A DNA stretch of 60,759 nucleotides. Origin: Eledone cirrhosa (taxonomy: Eukaryota). The notes below the pieces were generated by a model. It was not told the origin of the DNA, did not search any database, and saw only the letters and a list, made by a program, of their open reading frames with translations. A program made the translations under genes and the position numbers. Shown piece by piece: positions 29,697-43,130 of the stretch (its first letter is position 1; each line of letters begins with the position of its first letter). The DNA lies in assembly GCA_964016885.1 (NCBI GenBank), contig CAXHJY010000631.1, positions 1-60,759 on the forward strand. Direction: 5' to 3'.

Positions 29697-30167
29697 AATG
29701 ACCAGAAGTCGACCCTAAATATTACTAATAGGCGACGAAAGCCATGAACGAGACCACATATTTTTAACTTTGATTTTGAAAGTAGGTTTATAATTATCAA
29801 TTTTCATTATGCGTTTATAGCTGTCTCGGTGGCCTATTTGGAGGAATCATAGACGGTAGTGATACTGGTCTGAAGTTCGATCCTGGTCGGGGTAGGTTTC
29901 CCAGTAAACGTTTTCAATTTTTTTTTCTATTGGTTGTAAAATAAAAACTGAAAAAGGTTACATGTCCATGTTGACCAGGATTGAACCCAAGACAAGGATC
30001 TCCACCTCTCTAGTACCTACCGCTAGGCCACAGAGACAACTACGAAAATCTTATGAAAATTCATACTTATAAACCTACTTTCAAAATGTTCAAAACAAAG
30101 TGTTGTGGTGTCGTTCATGTCTTTCTTAATGTTATTGCTCCTACTTAAGGTCGACTTCTAAATCATT
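29697..30167. mobile_element. MITE-like long inverted repeat with convergent tRNA-like A/B boxes
   Basis: Arm matches agaagtcgacc/ggtcgacttct, ttttgaaagtaggtttataa/ttataaacctactttcaaaa, catgaacga/tcgttcatg; boxes at 29830/29875 (+) and 30020-30030/29978-29986 (-). Confidence 0.7.
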
Positions 30168-30348
30168 TGGATGTTTCATAAAGTACATGCTCGTTTTGTT
30201 TCTCATTTATCTATACTATATTTTAACCTGTAATCCATGGACTTCATTTCTCTCTCTGTGATATTTGAATCTACTATGATTTGGGCTTACCTTATTTCTA
30301 TATAATATGTATTTGCATGTCAGTTAGATTCAAACTTCCAATGATGGG

Positions 30349-30386
<38 letters not shown>

Positions 30387-31906
30387 AAATAAAAGGTGAA
30401 AAAATGTATAAAAATAAAAATAAAGTGACACAAATAAAAACAAATAGAAAAAAATTTTTAAGAAAAAACAATAAAAAAACAAAAACAAACAAATAGACAA
30501 ACAAAGCAATAAACAATATCACGTGGCTATATATTATTGTTTATATCTTCCCCCCTAATTTGTCACCCTGTTAAATTATACTGGATTATCAAGGAACAAA
30601 AAAAGTGTAGGGGTTTCAAGTGTGACAACTGATGTCCAGCCCCTATCGCCAAAGTGTTTCCTTATCAGAAGTATCAAAATGGTAACGCTTGGCTAACCCG
30701 TGAAATTATGTCCCTTCTATAGAAACACCAGTTTGTTGTTATAGAAGAGAGTGGAGTGCGGTGGGTGGGGTGGTGTGGTGTGGGGGTGAGGTGAGGTGGA
30801 GTGGAGTAGAGTGGAGTGGAGTGGGGTTGATTGGGGTGGGGGTGAGATGGAATGGGGTGGGGCTGATATATGTGGTGGGGAGGAGGTAGTAGTAGAGAAG
30901 AAGAAGAAGAAGAAGAAGAAGAAGAAGAAGAAGAAGAAGAAGAAGAAGAAGAAGAAGAAGAAGAAGAAGATTCTTCGCTGGCTGCTGCGGTTTTCTGGAG
31001 AGGTGTGTGAGAATAAGGAGGAGGAAATGAAGCTGAAGGAAGTGTGGTGAGGAGTAGGTGGAGTTTGTGGTGGTGGTGGAGGTTGTGGTGGTGGGGGAGG
31101 GTGTGGTGGAACTGAAGCAGCAGCAGCAACAGCAACAGCAACACCACCAGCAGTAGCAGTAGTCAGCCAGTAGAAGCCACAGCGTTCATTGAAAATGTCT
31201 TCTCTGACCGTTTGCTTTCGTCGAGGGAATATTCAAGTGCAGTTGTTCCCTTGCAATGGTCACGTGGAGACCTATTAACAGAGGGTTAGGGGTTGTTAGA
31301 TTTCCATTCATCATCATCGTTGCTGCTATTGTTGTTGTTGTTCTTGTCATTGCTCTTGTATTTGTTCTTGTTCTTCTTCTTGTTGCTGTTGCTGTTCTGT
31401 TTTCTTGTCCTGACAATATGGCGGTATAGTTAGCATAGTCACACGAGAGACAGTTGACATTTTTTTCTCATTTGTTACTGAATATTATGAGAAATATTTG
31501 CTACGGGTCAGGATTGTCTTGTAATGAATTGTAATGAAGTTGTAATGATGACCTTGATGTCTGATGACCTTGTTGTTTGATGACCTTGATGTTTGATAAA
31601 CCAATTCTTCCTCCTCTCAATCTTATATATTTATCTGTCTTGTGTAGTAAGTAGTTTGACCTTGCCCTTGCGATATGATCTCTTAACTTCATTGTCACTG
31701 CATATATCGTATCTCTATTGATTCCCCTCTGTATATATAAGGTCACTTAAGAATAAGAACATTCGATAATAAGTCCGAGATTAATAAATTCCTTTGAAGA
31801 TCTTAAACTGAACATATGTGAAAATTAAATTCCTGAAAATGGAGCTTGTACCATGGTCATTCTGCAGCCAAATCTAGCTCAAGTTACTCCCGGACATTGG
31901 TTAAAC

Positions 31907-32058
31907 CAGGGTTTCACAAACCTTTTCAAACAGGGAACCCTTTGTGCTTCAGAAAATTTGGGTGGGAACCCCAAAGTCTAATACTGTCATATGGTCGTAA
32001 TATAAACATATTCCTCTACCTTTTTTCATGGAATCCCAGCAGACAACTTTGTGGAACG
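31907..32058 (+). mobile_element. hAT/Charlie-like MITE fragment
   Basis: Starts cagggtttcacaaacctttt with repeated ggaaccc subterminal motifs; cut off by microsatellite. Confidence 0.5.
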
Positions 32059-32092
32059 CATATACACACGAACGCATGCACACAGATATATT

Positions 32093-32171
<79 letters not shown>

Positions 32172-32173
<2 letters not shown>

Positions 32174-32355
32174 CGAAGGAAGTGTGGTAAGGAACCAGGT
32201 GGACCATAACGCAGCAGAGTACTCGATACTTAGGGGAGTAGAGTGGGTAATAGGAAAAGAGTCAGCACCCCGACGGCTGAGGTTTGGCCGTTTCGACAGC
32301 TAGATCCGATCTACCTGTCGAAACGGTCGGAGTTCAGCCGTCGGGGTCCTGACTC
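32172..32355 (-). mobile_element. Family A fold-back element, copy 5 (diverged subfamily)
   Basis: Same tail; arms gagtcagcaccccgacggctga / tcagccgtcggggtcctgactc; centre gacagctagatc / gatctacctgtc. Confidence 0.8.
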
Positions 32356-32376
32356 ATATATATATATATATGTGTG

Positions 32377-32407
<31 letters not shown>

Positions 32408-32495
32408 TTATGTATATCTATGCATATATATATTTTACACATATACACACACAAACACACACTCGCACGCACACACATACGCACACACACACATA

Positions 32496-32590
<95 letters not shown>

Positions 32591-33043
32591 GCGTTATGAA
32601 GTTAGTGGAAGCCTTGCGATAAGTACTTGAACTCGCCATGTGAGACAATAAAATGAAGTCACCTCTTGTCTGATAAACATCATTACTACGGTGATGAAAA
32701 CTGTAAAAATGGCAGACTTTGTGTCCAATCCGTTGACAAATGGGTAACGAAGCATAAATGACGGCATGCCAACTGAATATCGCAAGTTCTGCTCTTTATT
32801 TTCTTTTAATTTTCTGCTGCCTTTCTTCACGTAACTGGCCATATTAGCTTCCCTGGCAGCTTGCGACGGAATTAAAAAAATCGCTGACTATAATAAATTG
32901 ACGATGAAGCTTGTCTGAGAGGAATTCACTCCCCCTATCTTTCATCACCGACCTTTTACACCAAATATACTCCACTTTTAATATACGCTTATATTATGTT
33001 ATATACATATATAACATATATATATATAACACACACAAACATA

Positions 33044-33120
<77 letters not shown>

Positions 33121-33250
33121 GTAATCTGAGTTTTTCGAATATTAATAATAACATTCGATTCGTTTGCAATTATGCAAACAAGCCTCAATTTTATAGCCAT
33201 GTCAGTAGAATGTACACTTCATTCTTGCTCTTATGTTGGCATGCGAACAG

Positions 33251-33285
<35 letters not shown>

Positions 33286-33304
33286 GTATACACACACACA
33301 CACG

Positions 33305-33562
33305 CGTCCTTCAGCGCTACTGGTAATCTGTAACCCAGTATAACCTGTGCATGGTCGGATTGTCGGCGATTAAACCAGCAACGCCTTTCCTCACTTAAAA
33401 AAAGCTTTAATCACAGGCATCGCTTGATATGTGACATCTTTTGCGATGCATGGCATTGCTGGCCACAGGCAAGTCCATAGCTGGACTAAAAAGCCACGTC
33501 TGAGATATTCATGCTTATGTATGAAGTGATGGCATTACTGGAAATCGTGTTACAGCCATCAT
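33305..33562 (+). mobile_element. Bipartite RTE derivative, copy 3 (more deleted)
   Basis: cttcagcgctactggtaa head joined to the ggactaaaaagcc...cagccatca tail. Confidence 0.6.
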
Positions 33563-33566
33563 TATC

Positions 33567-33612
<46 letters not shown>

Positions 33613-33960
33613 GGGGAGAGAGAGAGAGAGAGAGCTGTTGTGTACACATGTATACCTTGATATAACTATGATCAGACTTCGGATTTTCCCGTTAAAACCC
33701 TCGCATCATACATTTATCGCTTTTGTTGTCGTTCTTTATCTTTTTCTTACATATTCAAACGCACACTCCTTTACAGCACTCACACACACACACACACACA
33801 TGCATACACATACACACAATCATACACACACTCAAACCTTCAGATATACGTACATGCAAAATCCTTCATATATTCATACACATATATACATTACACACAT
33901 ACACACAGACATGCTTTCAGATATACACATAGAGAAAATATTTTATATATTTCTACGCAG

Positions 33961-33994
<34 letters not shown>

Positions 33995-34535
33995 ACACAC
34001 ACACACACACACGTGCGCGCGCGCGCGCGTGCTCACACAAAAGCTTGTAAAGCAACAAAGTGAAGCAGATTGTTGTTAGAAAAGCCATAAGAGTTTTGTT
34101 GTTGTTGGTTGTAACAAGGTGAGTCCTGTCGATAGATAAGACGCGGTTTATAGACCATGCAGTACTCAAACACATATACCTCAGTCACAATTTGTCAGTG
34201 CATTGAATAAAAAGTTCTTCTCGGTATCTCACCCGTCTTGAAGCGACAACAAATTTGATCAGAAGCCAAGTATTTACTGACGAACAAAATGTCTTTCCAC
34301 TGAAAGGTTTACTTACATCGAACGACAGCGACTCCCGTAAAAGTTTGTACATCTAAAGGCCGGACAATTGTTGTTGTTGTTGTTGTTGTTGTTATTATTG
34401 TTCCTGTTCTTCATGCTGTAGCTAATCTTGTTGTTGTTTTTCTTCTTTGTTATTGAATATAGTTTCCACTTTGGTGTTGGTGGTGACTTAACTGTTTAGA
34501 GTATTGGTATATTTGAGCCGAAGGCCATTCTCGAC

Positions 34536-34566
<31 letters not shown>

Positions 34567-34657
34567 TGTATGTATGTATGTATGTATGTATGCATGCATG
34601 TATGTATGTATGTATGTATGTATGTATGTATGTATGTATGTATGTATGTATGTATGT

Positions 34658-34825
34658 ATGGGCCCAGCACTATGTGTCAATAATTGTCACAAGTGTAGTG
34701 TTTGTACCAGAGTTTTCACGTCACTGGCTGGACTAATAAGTCACACTCGTTCAGCGCATCGGTAGGGGTTCTCCTACATGGATATAAAGTAGTGGCCGTA
34801 CTCGAAAACGAGTTGGCAGCCACCA
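34658..34825 (+). mobile_element. 3' end of RTE derivative within (TATG)n
   Basis: Almost identical to 3767-3934. Confidence 0.75.
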
Positions 34826-35074
34826 TGTATGTATGTATGTATGTATGTATGTATGTATGTATGTATGTATGTATGTATGTACGTATGTATGTATGTATAG
34901 TTCCGTAACTCCTGATAAAGTCGTAGGGACGCCGTATTGCCATACAGCGTGTCTTAGGCATTTTAAGCCTGGCGGAGCCCATTCTTCTCCGGGTCTGAGT
35001 ACATCAGATTTCTTCCAGAGAAAGAGAGAAAGTAAAAGAAAGGAATTGAGAAAGAGATATAGAGGAAGAATCGA

Positions 35075-35395
35075 CACCAGTATTAGACTGGTACCTTTTA
35101 ATGGACCTAGTAAGGATGAAAAGTAAATCTAATATTGGCAGGATTTGAACTCAGACGTAAATGAACCAAACTATTTGCTGCAAAGCATGGTGTCCGACGC
35201 TCTACCGATACTGACAATCCACTGCCCAAATAATAATAATAATTGTTTCTGCTTTCTAGCAATTACCCCAGTGCATCACTGGTATTTTATTTTATCGATC
35301 CCTTAAGGATGAAAGTCAAAGGTAACCTCGGCGGGGTTTGAGCTCAGAACGTGAAGGACCGTGGTGTTTGACGCTCTACCGATACTGCCAATACA
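35075..35395 (-). mobile_element. Two adjacent OK-like SINE copies
   Basis: aggatgaaa...gatttgaactcag...gacgctctaccgatactg motifs twice. Confidence 0.7.
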
Positions 35396-35400
35396 CTTAA

Positions 35401-35940
35401 TAACAATAATAATTATTTCTACTTTTGGCACAAGGCCTGCAATTATCTCAGTGTATTACTGGCACTTTATTTTATCAACCCCCGTAATAATAATATTTGT
35501 TTCTACTTTTGGCACAAGGCCAGCAATTATCCCAGTGTATTACTGGTACTTTATTTTATCAACCCCCGTAATAATAATATTTGTTTCTACTTTTGGCACA
35601 AGGCCAGCAATTATCCCAGTTTATTACTGGTACTTTATTTTATCAACCCCCGTAATAATAATAATTGTTTCTACTTTTGGCACAAGGCTAGCAATTATCT
35701 CAGTGTATTACTGGTACTTTATTTTATCAACCCCCGTAATAATAATATTTGTTTCTACTTTTGGCACAAGGCCAGCAATTATCCCAGTGTATTACTGGTA
35801 CTTTATTTTATCGACCTCTTCGTAAGGATGAAAGGCAAAGTTAACCTCGGCGTGATTTGAACTCAGACCATAAAGGGACGTAACTCTTTGCTGCAAAGCA
35901 TGGCCTCCGATCCTCTACCCATACTACCAATGCACCTCAA
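35401..35940 (-). mobile_element. OK-like SINE with its 84-bp 3' segment amplified in tandem about 5 times
   Basis: Unit aataataat..tgtttctacttttggcacaagg...ttttatcaacccccgt at 84-nt spacing (35485, 35569, 35653, 35737), then a single head at 35820-35940. Confidence 0.85.
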
Positions 35941-37189
35941 TAACAATAATAATAACAATAAATTCCATGAGGAATAATAATTATTATAATAACAATGACA
36001 ACAATAACAACAATATCAGTGGTAATGTGTGTTGGAAGTGATTTTATGATCGTTGGGAGGTTTCAGGGTTGTTACCTTACTGTCATTCTGTCGTATTTAT
36101 GATGAAACTTATTTAGTGTGTGTGTGTGTGTATGTATGTCTATGTGTGTGTGTGTGTGTGTGTGGTAGTGGGACTATGAGTGGAAGTGCACGTATGCGTG
36201 TATATATGTATATATATATATATATATATACTTATATGAGTGCAGTGGTTGTGGGTTGAGGGACAATAAGTGGAAGTGTACGTAAGCAAGTGTGTGTGTG
36301 TGGTTGTGGGACTGTGAGTGTACGTAAGCGGCGTGTGTGTGTATACACACACACACATACACACATACACACATACACACACAATATAGTAAGTGTGCAC
36401 TATGTTAAGTGTAAAAGGTAGCAGTAGTTTTAAAGAGAGTTGTACACAATACAAGACGTGAAATCTTCCAATATTTAAGAAAGGGAATGAGATAAATTCT
36501 ATGGAAGAGACAATGGGGGAGGAGGGGGGTTAGAGACGTGATGAGAGAGGGGAGAGAGAGGAGAGAGAGAGGAGAGAGGGAGAGGGAGAGAAAAAGGTGT
36601 GGATGAGCGGAGGAGAGTATGAGAGAGAGAGGGAGAAATGGTATCGAGGAGCGGAGGAGAGATATAGAGTGAGAGAGAGAGAGAGAAAGGTGGAGGAGTG
36701 GAGGAGAGAGAGATTTGTGGAGGAGCGCAGGAGAGAGAGAGATAGAGAGAGAGAGAGAGAAAGAGAGAGAGGTGGAGGAGAGAGACTGTGATATGGCTCC
36801 GCTCGTAGTTCATTACACGCCACAATAGGCAGTGATAATAGGTTTTAGTGTGTTGCTGATTGCCCGAAAGAATTGACCAAACCAGGGATAAGATTGATAT
36901 AACAGTCAAGAATTTATCGTGCACAATGACCTTTGACATTAGCCTGAAGCGGACTAAAGAAGAACTGAATAAAAGCAGGGTTTCTCTTCCTGCAAACTAC
37001 TTTTACAAGGCAAATGTTCTGTATGTTCATTTTACAGAATGTCGATATAAGTAGCCAAGCGTGGAGCTACAACTGTCATCTCCGGGTCTTCGTTGAATCA
37101 AGACTTGCAGAGCTTCCATTAATGAGGAATTAAGACTTCTTTCCCCCCTTTTTGCTTTCATTTCCTTTTTCTCCCTCCCCACATCTCTC

Positions 37190-37220
<31 letters not shown>

Positions 37221-37258
37221 CCTCTTATTTTTATTTCATTTTCTTTCCTTTCTTTCTC

Positions 37259-37344
<86 letters not shown>

Positions 37345-37558
37345 GTTATTCTTTCTTTCTTATCGTGAAACTCTTCTTTCTTTTCTTCAATCTGTCTTCT
37401 TATTGCCAACAGCCTGAAACAACAACTGTAACAAAAATAACAACAACGGGAAGTGGAAGAAGTGGATGAAGAAGAAGAAGAAGAAGAAGAAGAAGAAGAA
37501 GAAGAAGAAGAAGAAGAAGAAGAAGAAGAAGAAGAAGAAGAAGAAGAAGAAAGACAAT

Positions 37559-37605
<47 letters not shown>

Positions 37606-37929
37606 GCCAAACCAACCAACAACCAAACAAACTAATAATAACAACCTTAAAGGGAGATGATGAAGCAATGATTATTGGTAAGAAGGGCGTGTAACTCTGG
37701 CAATCAAGATGAACGCTAGTTGTTTGTTGAAGGTGTTATGTTTAAAGACCAGAAAAAAATAATGACGAGCAAAAGACTGAAAAATAAAATAAAGAAGACC
37801 AGAAAAAACATAAAAAATAAAAAAAATATAAATATATAAATTAAAACAAAATGGAGTAGTTTAGTTTAGTTAAGTGGAATTTAAACACAGGTATTAAGGA
37901 CGTGATCACAGAGAATAAAGAATAAATTA

Positions 37930-38170
37930 TTTTGCTTCTTGGCCCACTTATTCCAGAGAGAGTCGTGAGGGGAAGAGTCCTCAAATATTCCCCCTCCCCA
38001 GCAAGGTCTTGTCAGAAGCAACAATCTCCAACTGATCCGGCTGGATCTCCAAGCTTGACAAGCCAAGCTCATGGATGTTATCCAACCATCTTGCTGGGTC
38101 TCTTACCTGTTGTTTTTACACATAAAATCTGTCCAGAGATTCTTTCCTGTGCTGAGACATTCTAACCAGA
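37930..38170 (-). mobile_element. RTE (Expander-like) LINE 3' fragment
   Basis: Frameshifted minus translation LVRMS...TTGKRP...RWLDNIHELGLSSLEIQPDQLEIVASDK resembles the RTE C-terminus. Confidence 0.6.
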
Positions 38171-38418
38171 GAACAAATTGCAAAAAAAAAAAAAAAAAAA
38201 ATTTCGATGTCCCATACGTTTGTATTACACTGCTTCCAAATACACAGGTGCATAATTTGCACCTGCTTATTAGAATATATTAAAATGATGTAAAGATTAG
38301 CTTGTGACTTATCTACGAGACCTAGAAATTCGTTTACGTATTTCAAGTGCAGAATCAAGAATATTGTATGCAAAACAGTAGTGTACTTACTTATCTATAT
38401 GACATATGCACGACACTG

Positions 38419-38468
<50 letters not shown>

Positions 38469-38489
38469 TGTATGTAGACTGTGTGGTTG

Positions 38490-38619
38490 AGGTGGTGGTA
38501 CCACGTGGGGTATTTTGCATGACGTCTCTTACAATTACTGCAATTACTTTCTAGTGTATTCTTGGTTTGACAAATGTTTGTGAGAGAAGTTTGGTAGACA
38601 GAAACTGCTGAAACCCGTC

Positions 38620-38622
<3 letters not shown>
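38490..38622 (+). mobile_element. Degenerate octopod SINE 3' part
   Basis: tttggtagacagaaactg...aaacccgtcgtatata tail. Confidence 0.5.
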
Positions 38623-38657
<35 letters not shown>

Positions 38658-38659
<2 letters not shown>

Positions 38660-38741
38660 TGTACAAATATCTATATCTATATATCTAGTGCCTATATATA
38701 TATATATATATAGGCACTAGATATATAGATATTTGTACACG
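38658..38741. repeat. Inverted repeat centred on a (TA)n tract
   Basis: cgtgtacaaatatcta...ctagtgcc-(TA)n-ggcactag...tagatatttgtacacg. Confidence 0.8.
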
Positions 38742-39165
38742 ATATATATAAACACACGATATATATACACACGATATATATATATATATATACACGATAT
38801 ATTTATATACTGAAACTTGAATAAACTACATTTACAGGAAAAGAGATAAATATTCCTCTCACAATAAAACAATATTGTTGTTGTTGTTACTGTTGTCAGT
38901 TTAGCCGCCGAGCTGTATACACGTTGTCAACGAATCAACGGTTATAATAATCACTTCTAGTGAGAGAGGAAAAAACCATTGTATGTTATAATGAAGCAAT
39001 GTTGATATACGTCAATAGAGATATATGTCATTACGTTGTAGTTGTCACTGAAAAACTTACATGTCATAGGAAAAAAAAATATGGCGTATGGTTATTGTCA
39101 GACTTAGTAACATACGTATGTATGTATGTTTTGCGTAAATATATATATATATATATATATATGTT

Positions 39166-39369
<204 letters not shown>

Positions 39370-39436
39370 TATATCCGTTTGTATCTATCCATCTCTCTCT
39401 ATCTCTATCTCTCTCTATCTCGTTCCCTCTTTCTCT

Positions 39437-39490
<54 letters not shown>

Positions 39491-39757
39491 GTGTATGTAT
39501 GTGTCTTTGTGTGTGACCGAGTGAGGTGTGTTTCTATGTGTGTGCATGTGCAATTGAGTGTATGTAATGTTGGTACTTCATCGGTTTCAACGAAGAGTGT
39601 TACAGCTTTATGATCAACGGAACAACCTGCTCCTAGAATTAACATCGTATCAGTTGAGTAACTCATTTACCCCTAATGTATTTCAAAGTGGGGCTTAGGA
39701 TTGAGTCATTGTATTATCTCAAGGTAGTTACAATACCAGTAATAGTCGGAGCAATTG

Positions 39758-39900
39758 AAGGCGCATGGCTTAGTGGTTAGAGCATTGGGCTTGCAATCGG
39801 AAGGTTGTGTGTTCAATTCTCGGACCGGGTGGTGTGTTGTTTCCTTGAGCAAGACACTTTATTTCACGTTGCTTTATTTCAGTTTACTCAGCTGTAGAAA
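39758..39900 (+). mobile_element. tRNA-derived SINE of a second family
   Basis: A-box tggcttagtgg, B-box gttcaattc, central ccttgagcaagacactt. Confidence 0.75.
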
Positions 39901-40468
39901 TGAAATGATAGGGACTGGGATCACTATCATTAATTCACCCAAGACACCTCCAATGAGATATACCTTGGAGGAGGCTACCTAAACCTGCATAGGTGAGAGT
40001 TGTCACACACACAATTGTTGGGGGACTGTAAATGATAAAGGAACAGAAAATTATTTCAAAATGATCCTTGGCTTACCATCTCTGCAAGCAGTGCTACAAA
40101 TTGTTTTAACTGATACAGCACACATATTGAGATGAACATTATCTTTATAAGAATGATAATTATTTATATAATTTGTTTACTTAAATTTATTTGATTATAT
40201 TCCATAATTATGTATGTTGTAAATAATCGAGCATCTTTATATGATTAAGTATCATTCTGATGAAAATATAATTTTAAACAAATAATGTACTCATGCATGT
40301 ATAAAACAAATGATATACTTGTAAAGTGTAGGACGTGAACAATCTGATGTATGTATTTTTGTGGCTTATCAATGTATGCAGGGAGTTGCTTTGCCCCTGG
40401 ATGTTGGAAAGAGACTTGGCAAGAAATGGAAACAAAACTGAAGGAAGAGGAAAAACACAAACAAAAAT

Positions 40469-40650
40469 AATTGTTTCTACTTTTGGCACAAGGCCTGTAA
40501 TTACTCCAGTGTATTACTTGTACTTTATTTTATCGACCCCGTAAGGATGAAAAGCAAAGTTAACCTCAGCGCGATTTGAACTCAGATCATAAAGGGCCGT
40601 AACTCTTTGCTGCAAAGCATAGCGTCCAACCCTCTACCGATACTGCCAAC
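40469..40650 (-). mobile_element. OK-like SINE
   Basis: Reverse complement of the 8377 element. Confidence 0.8.
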
Positions 40651-41216
40651 CCTAGCAGAACGTTAATGATTGAAGGTACGTTTCAAAGATTCGGTATAAA
40701 AAAAACTCTGCGGAGGGAGCTGACACAAAAATCGGATGATTGAAAAAATACTATCACACGTTTGTATAAACAATATATACAATATACACGATATATACAA
40801 TATATAAATATATACAATGTATACAATATATATAGTATAAAAATATTTGATAGAGTTTCCAGAGGGAAGGAGGGAATGGCACCTAGAGACAATCAAAATT
40901 CCTACACAACCGTATAGATTGGAAAAAATATAAACCCTGTAAAAACAAAGCAATGTTGGTGATGAAATCAACTTTAAGTTCAAATAAACTGCAAAAAGCA
41001 AAGCATGATATGACGGTAGGTGTTTTGTTAGAGTGATTTTTGCATTAAAAAAAAATCAAATGCAATGACAGGTTCACAGGTAGGAAGGGTGGGGAAGTAG
41101 CTAAACCCAACATAACTATTATTGATGTAGTGAAAAAAACAAAATTTACACATTGGATACAATGTGGATAAGCACATGATTTTAGCTCTGTGAGGTAGAG
41201 TTGGTTTAGATGAAGT

Positions 41217-41247
<31 letters not shown>

Positions 41248-41454
41248 GGTGGTGGTGGTGGTAGTGGTGGTGATGCTGGTGTTGTTGGTGGTCGAGGTGG
41301 TGGTGGTGGTGGTGGTGTGTTGGCGATGATGGAGACTGGGGCGTCATTGTGAGGTGATATGAGATTTGATTTTATGCCAATATATCAATATGTCAATATG
41401 TAAAAAAAAGATGTGTGAGGGTGGGGGTGAGAGGTCTATTTTGTGTTTCAATTT

Positions 41455-41822
41455 ACTTGTGTGTTTGTGTATGTATGTGTGTGTTTGTGTATGTGTGTTT
41501 GTGTATGTGTGTGTTTGTGTATGTGTGTGTTTGTGTATGTGTGTGTTTGTGTATGTGTGTGTTTGTGTATATGTGTGTTTGTGTATCGTGTGTTTGTGTA
41601 TGTGTGCGTTTGTGTATATGTGTGTTTGTTTATGTGTGTGTTTGTGTACTGTATGTGTGTGGTTGTATATTGTGTGTTTGTGTATATGTGTGTTTGTGTA
41701 TATGTGTTTGTGTATTGTGTGTTTGTGTATATGTGTGTTTGTGTATACGTGTGTTTGTGTATGTGTGTTTGTGTATATGTGTGGTTGTGTATTGTGTGTT
41801 TGTGTATTGTGTGTTTGTGTAA
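41455..41822. repeat. Complex (TG)-derived satellite (tgtgtttgtgta)n
   Basis: Seen directly. Confidence 0.85.
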
Positions 41823-42025
41823 GTGTCGTTGCGTGAGGATAAGTATGTATGTGTGTGTGTGTGTATATTATGCATGAATGTGTGTGGTTGATTCGACTAT
41901 CCAGTCATGCGATCAGTTTGAATATATGAATATGCTGGATGAAAAGGCAAAAGACACGTACATGTATATATATATATATATACACACAGATTTTCACATT
42001 CATATAAATATTCACGTATACATAA

Positions 42026-42106
<81 letters not shown>

Positions 42107-42145
42107 TATATATATATATATATATATATGTATTTACACACACAT

Positions 42146-42216
<71 letters not shown>

Positions 42217-42224
42217 AGTGTGTG

Positions 42225-42266
<42 letters not shown>

Positions 42267-42307
42267 CACAGATTTTCACATCCATATAAATATTCACATA
42301 TACATAA

Positions 42308-42354
<47 letters not shown>

Positions 42355-42359
42355 GATAT

Positions 42360-42430
<71 letters not shown>

Positions 42431-42659
42431 TTATACATATGATGTGAGAGAAAGAAGGGGTAGTGATATGGGGAGGGAACTGGGAGGGAAAAACATGTTA
42501 AGGGTAATAAAAACGGATTCAAATTGAAGAGTGAAGAACCGAACAAAATAAATTGTGGGTTGTATATAAAATGTGAAATTGTAGTATTGTGTGAGCATGG
42601 GTTCATGAAAAGCATTAGTGTATGTTAGTATGTTGATATTAGTGTGTGTGTATATATAT

Positions 42660-42925
42660 ATCTTAGTCTTAGTCTTAGTTCCCTTGTGGAACATTGGGCG
42701 ACGAGCTTCCTCCACTTGATCCTGTCATTGGCGGACCTTCTAGCACCTCTCCAGGTAATTCCCATCTCCCGCAGGTCCTCCCTGAATGTGCCCCGCCATG
42801 TTTTTCGTGGTCTTCCCCGTTCTCACCTGCCACCTTCTGGTACCCACTCCATGGCAATATGAGTAGGTCGACATGCCGGCAAACGAAGGATGTGGCCCGC
42901 CAACCGTCGTCTCCTTTTCCGGACA
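42660..42925 (-). mobile_element. RTE LINE 3' end with (CTAAGA)n tail
   Basis: Minus translation AMEWVPEGGR*ERGRPRKTWRGTFREDLREMGITWRGARRSANDRIKWRKLVAQCSTR, then gactaagactaagactaaga. Confidence 0.85.
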
Positions 42926-42939
42926 ATATAATATTTTAT

Positions 42940-43130
42940 AATTGTTTCTACTTTAGGCACAAGGCCTGCACATTACCCAGTACATTACCGATACTTTATT
43001 TTATCGACCCCCGTAAGGATGAAAGGCAAAGTTAACCTTGACGGGATTTGAACTCAGACCGTAAAGGGACATAACTATGCTGGAAAACATGGCGTCCGAC
43101 CCTCTACCGATACTGCCAATTCACTGCCAA
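42940..43130 (-). mobile_element. OK-like SINE
   Basis: Reverse complement of the 8377 element. Confidence 0.8.

Noticed and set aside
32600-32830. Copia RNase H remnant (KMADFVSNPL)
   Set aside because: Similarity is too weak and interrupted to call without a search.
35361-35825. 154-aa ORF with 28-aa repeats
   Set aside because: Antisense translation of tandem 84-bp SINE tails.
39758-39830. tRNA gene
   Set aside because: A/B boxes are present but there is no cloverleaf, and it continues into a SINE body.
41985-42312. Short direct duplications between TA tracts (also 5798/5926 and 27870/27988)
   Set aside because: Explained by microsatellite-mediated slippage or assembly error; no sign of function.
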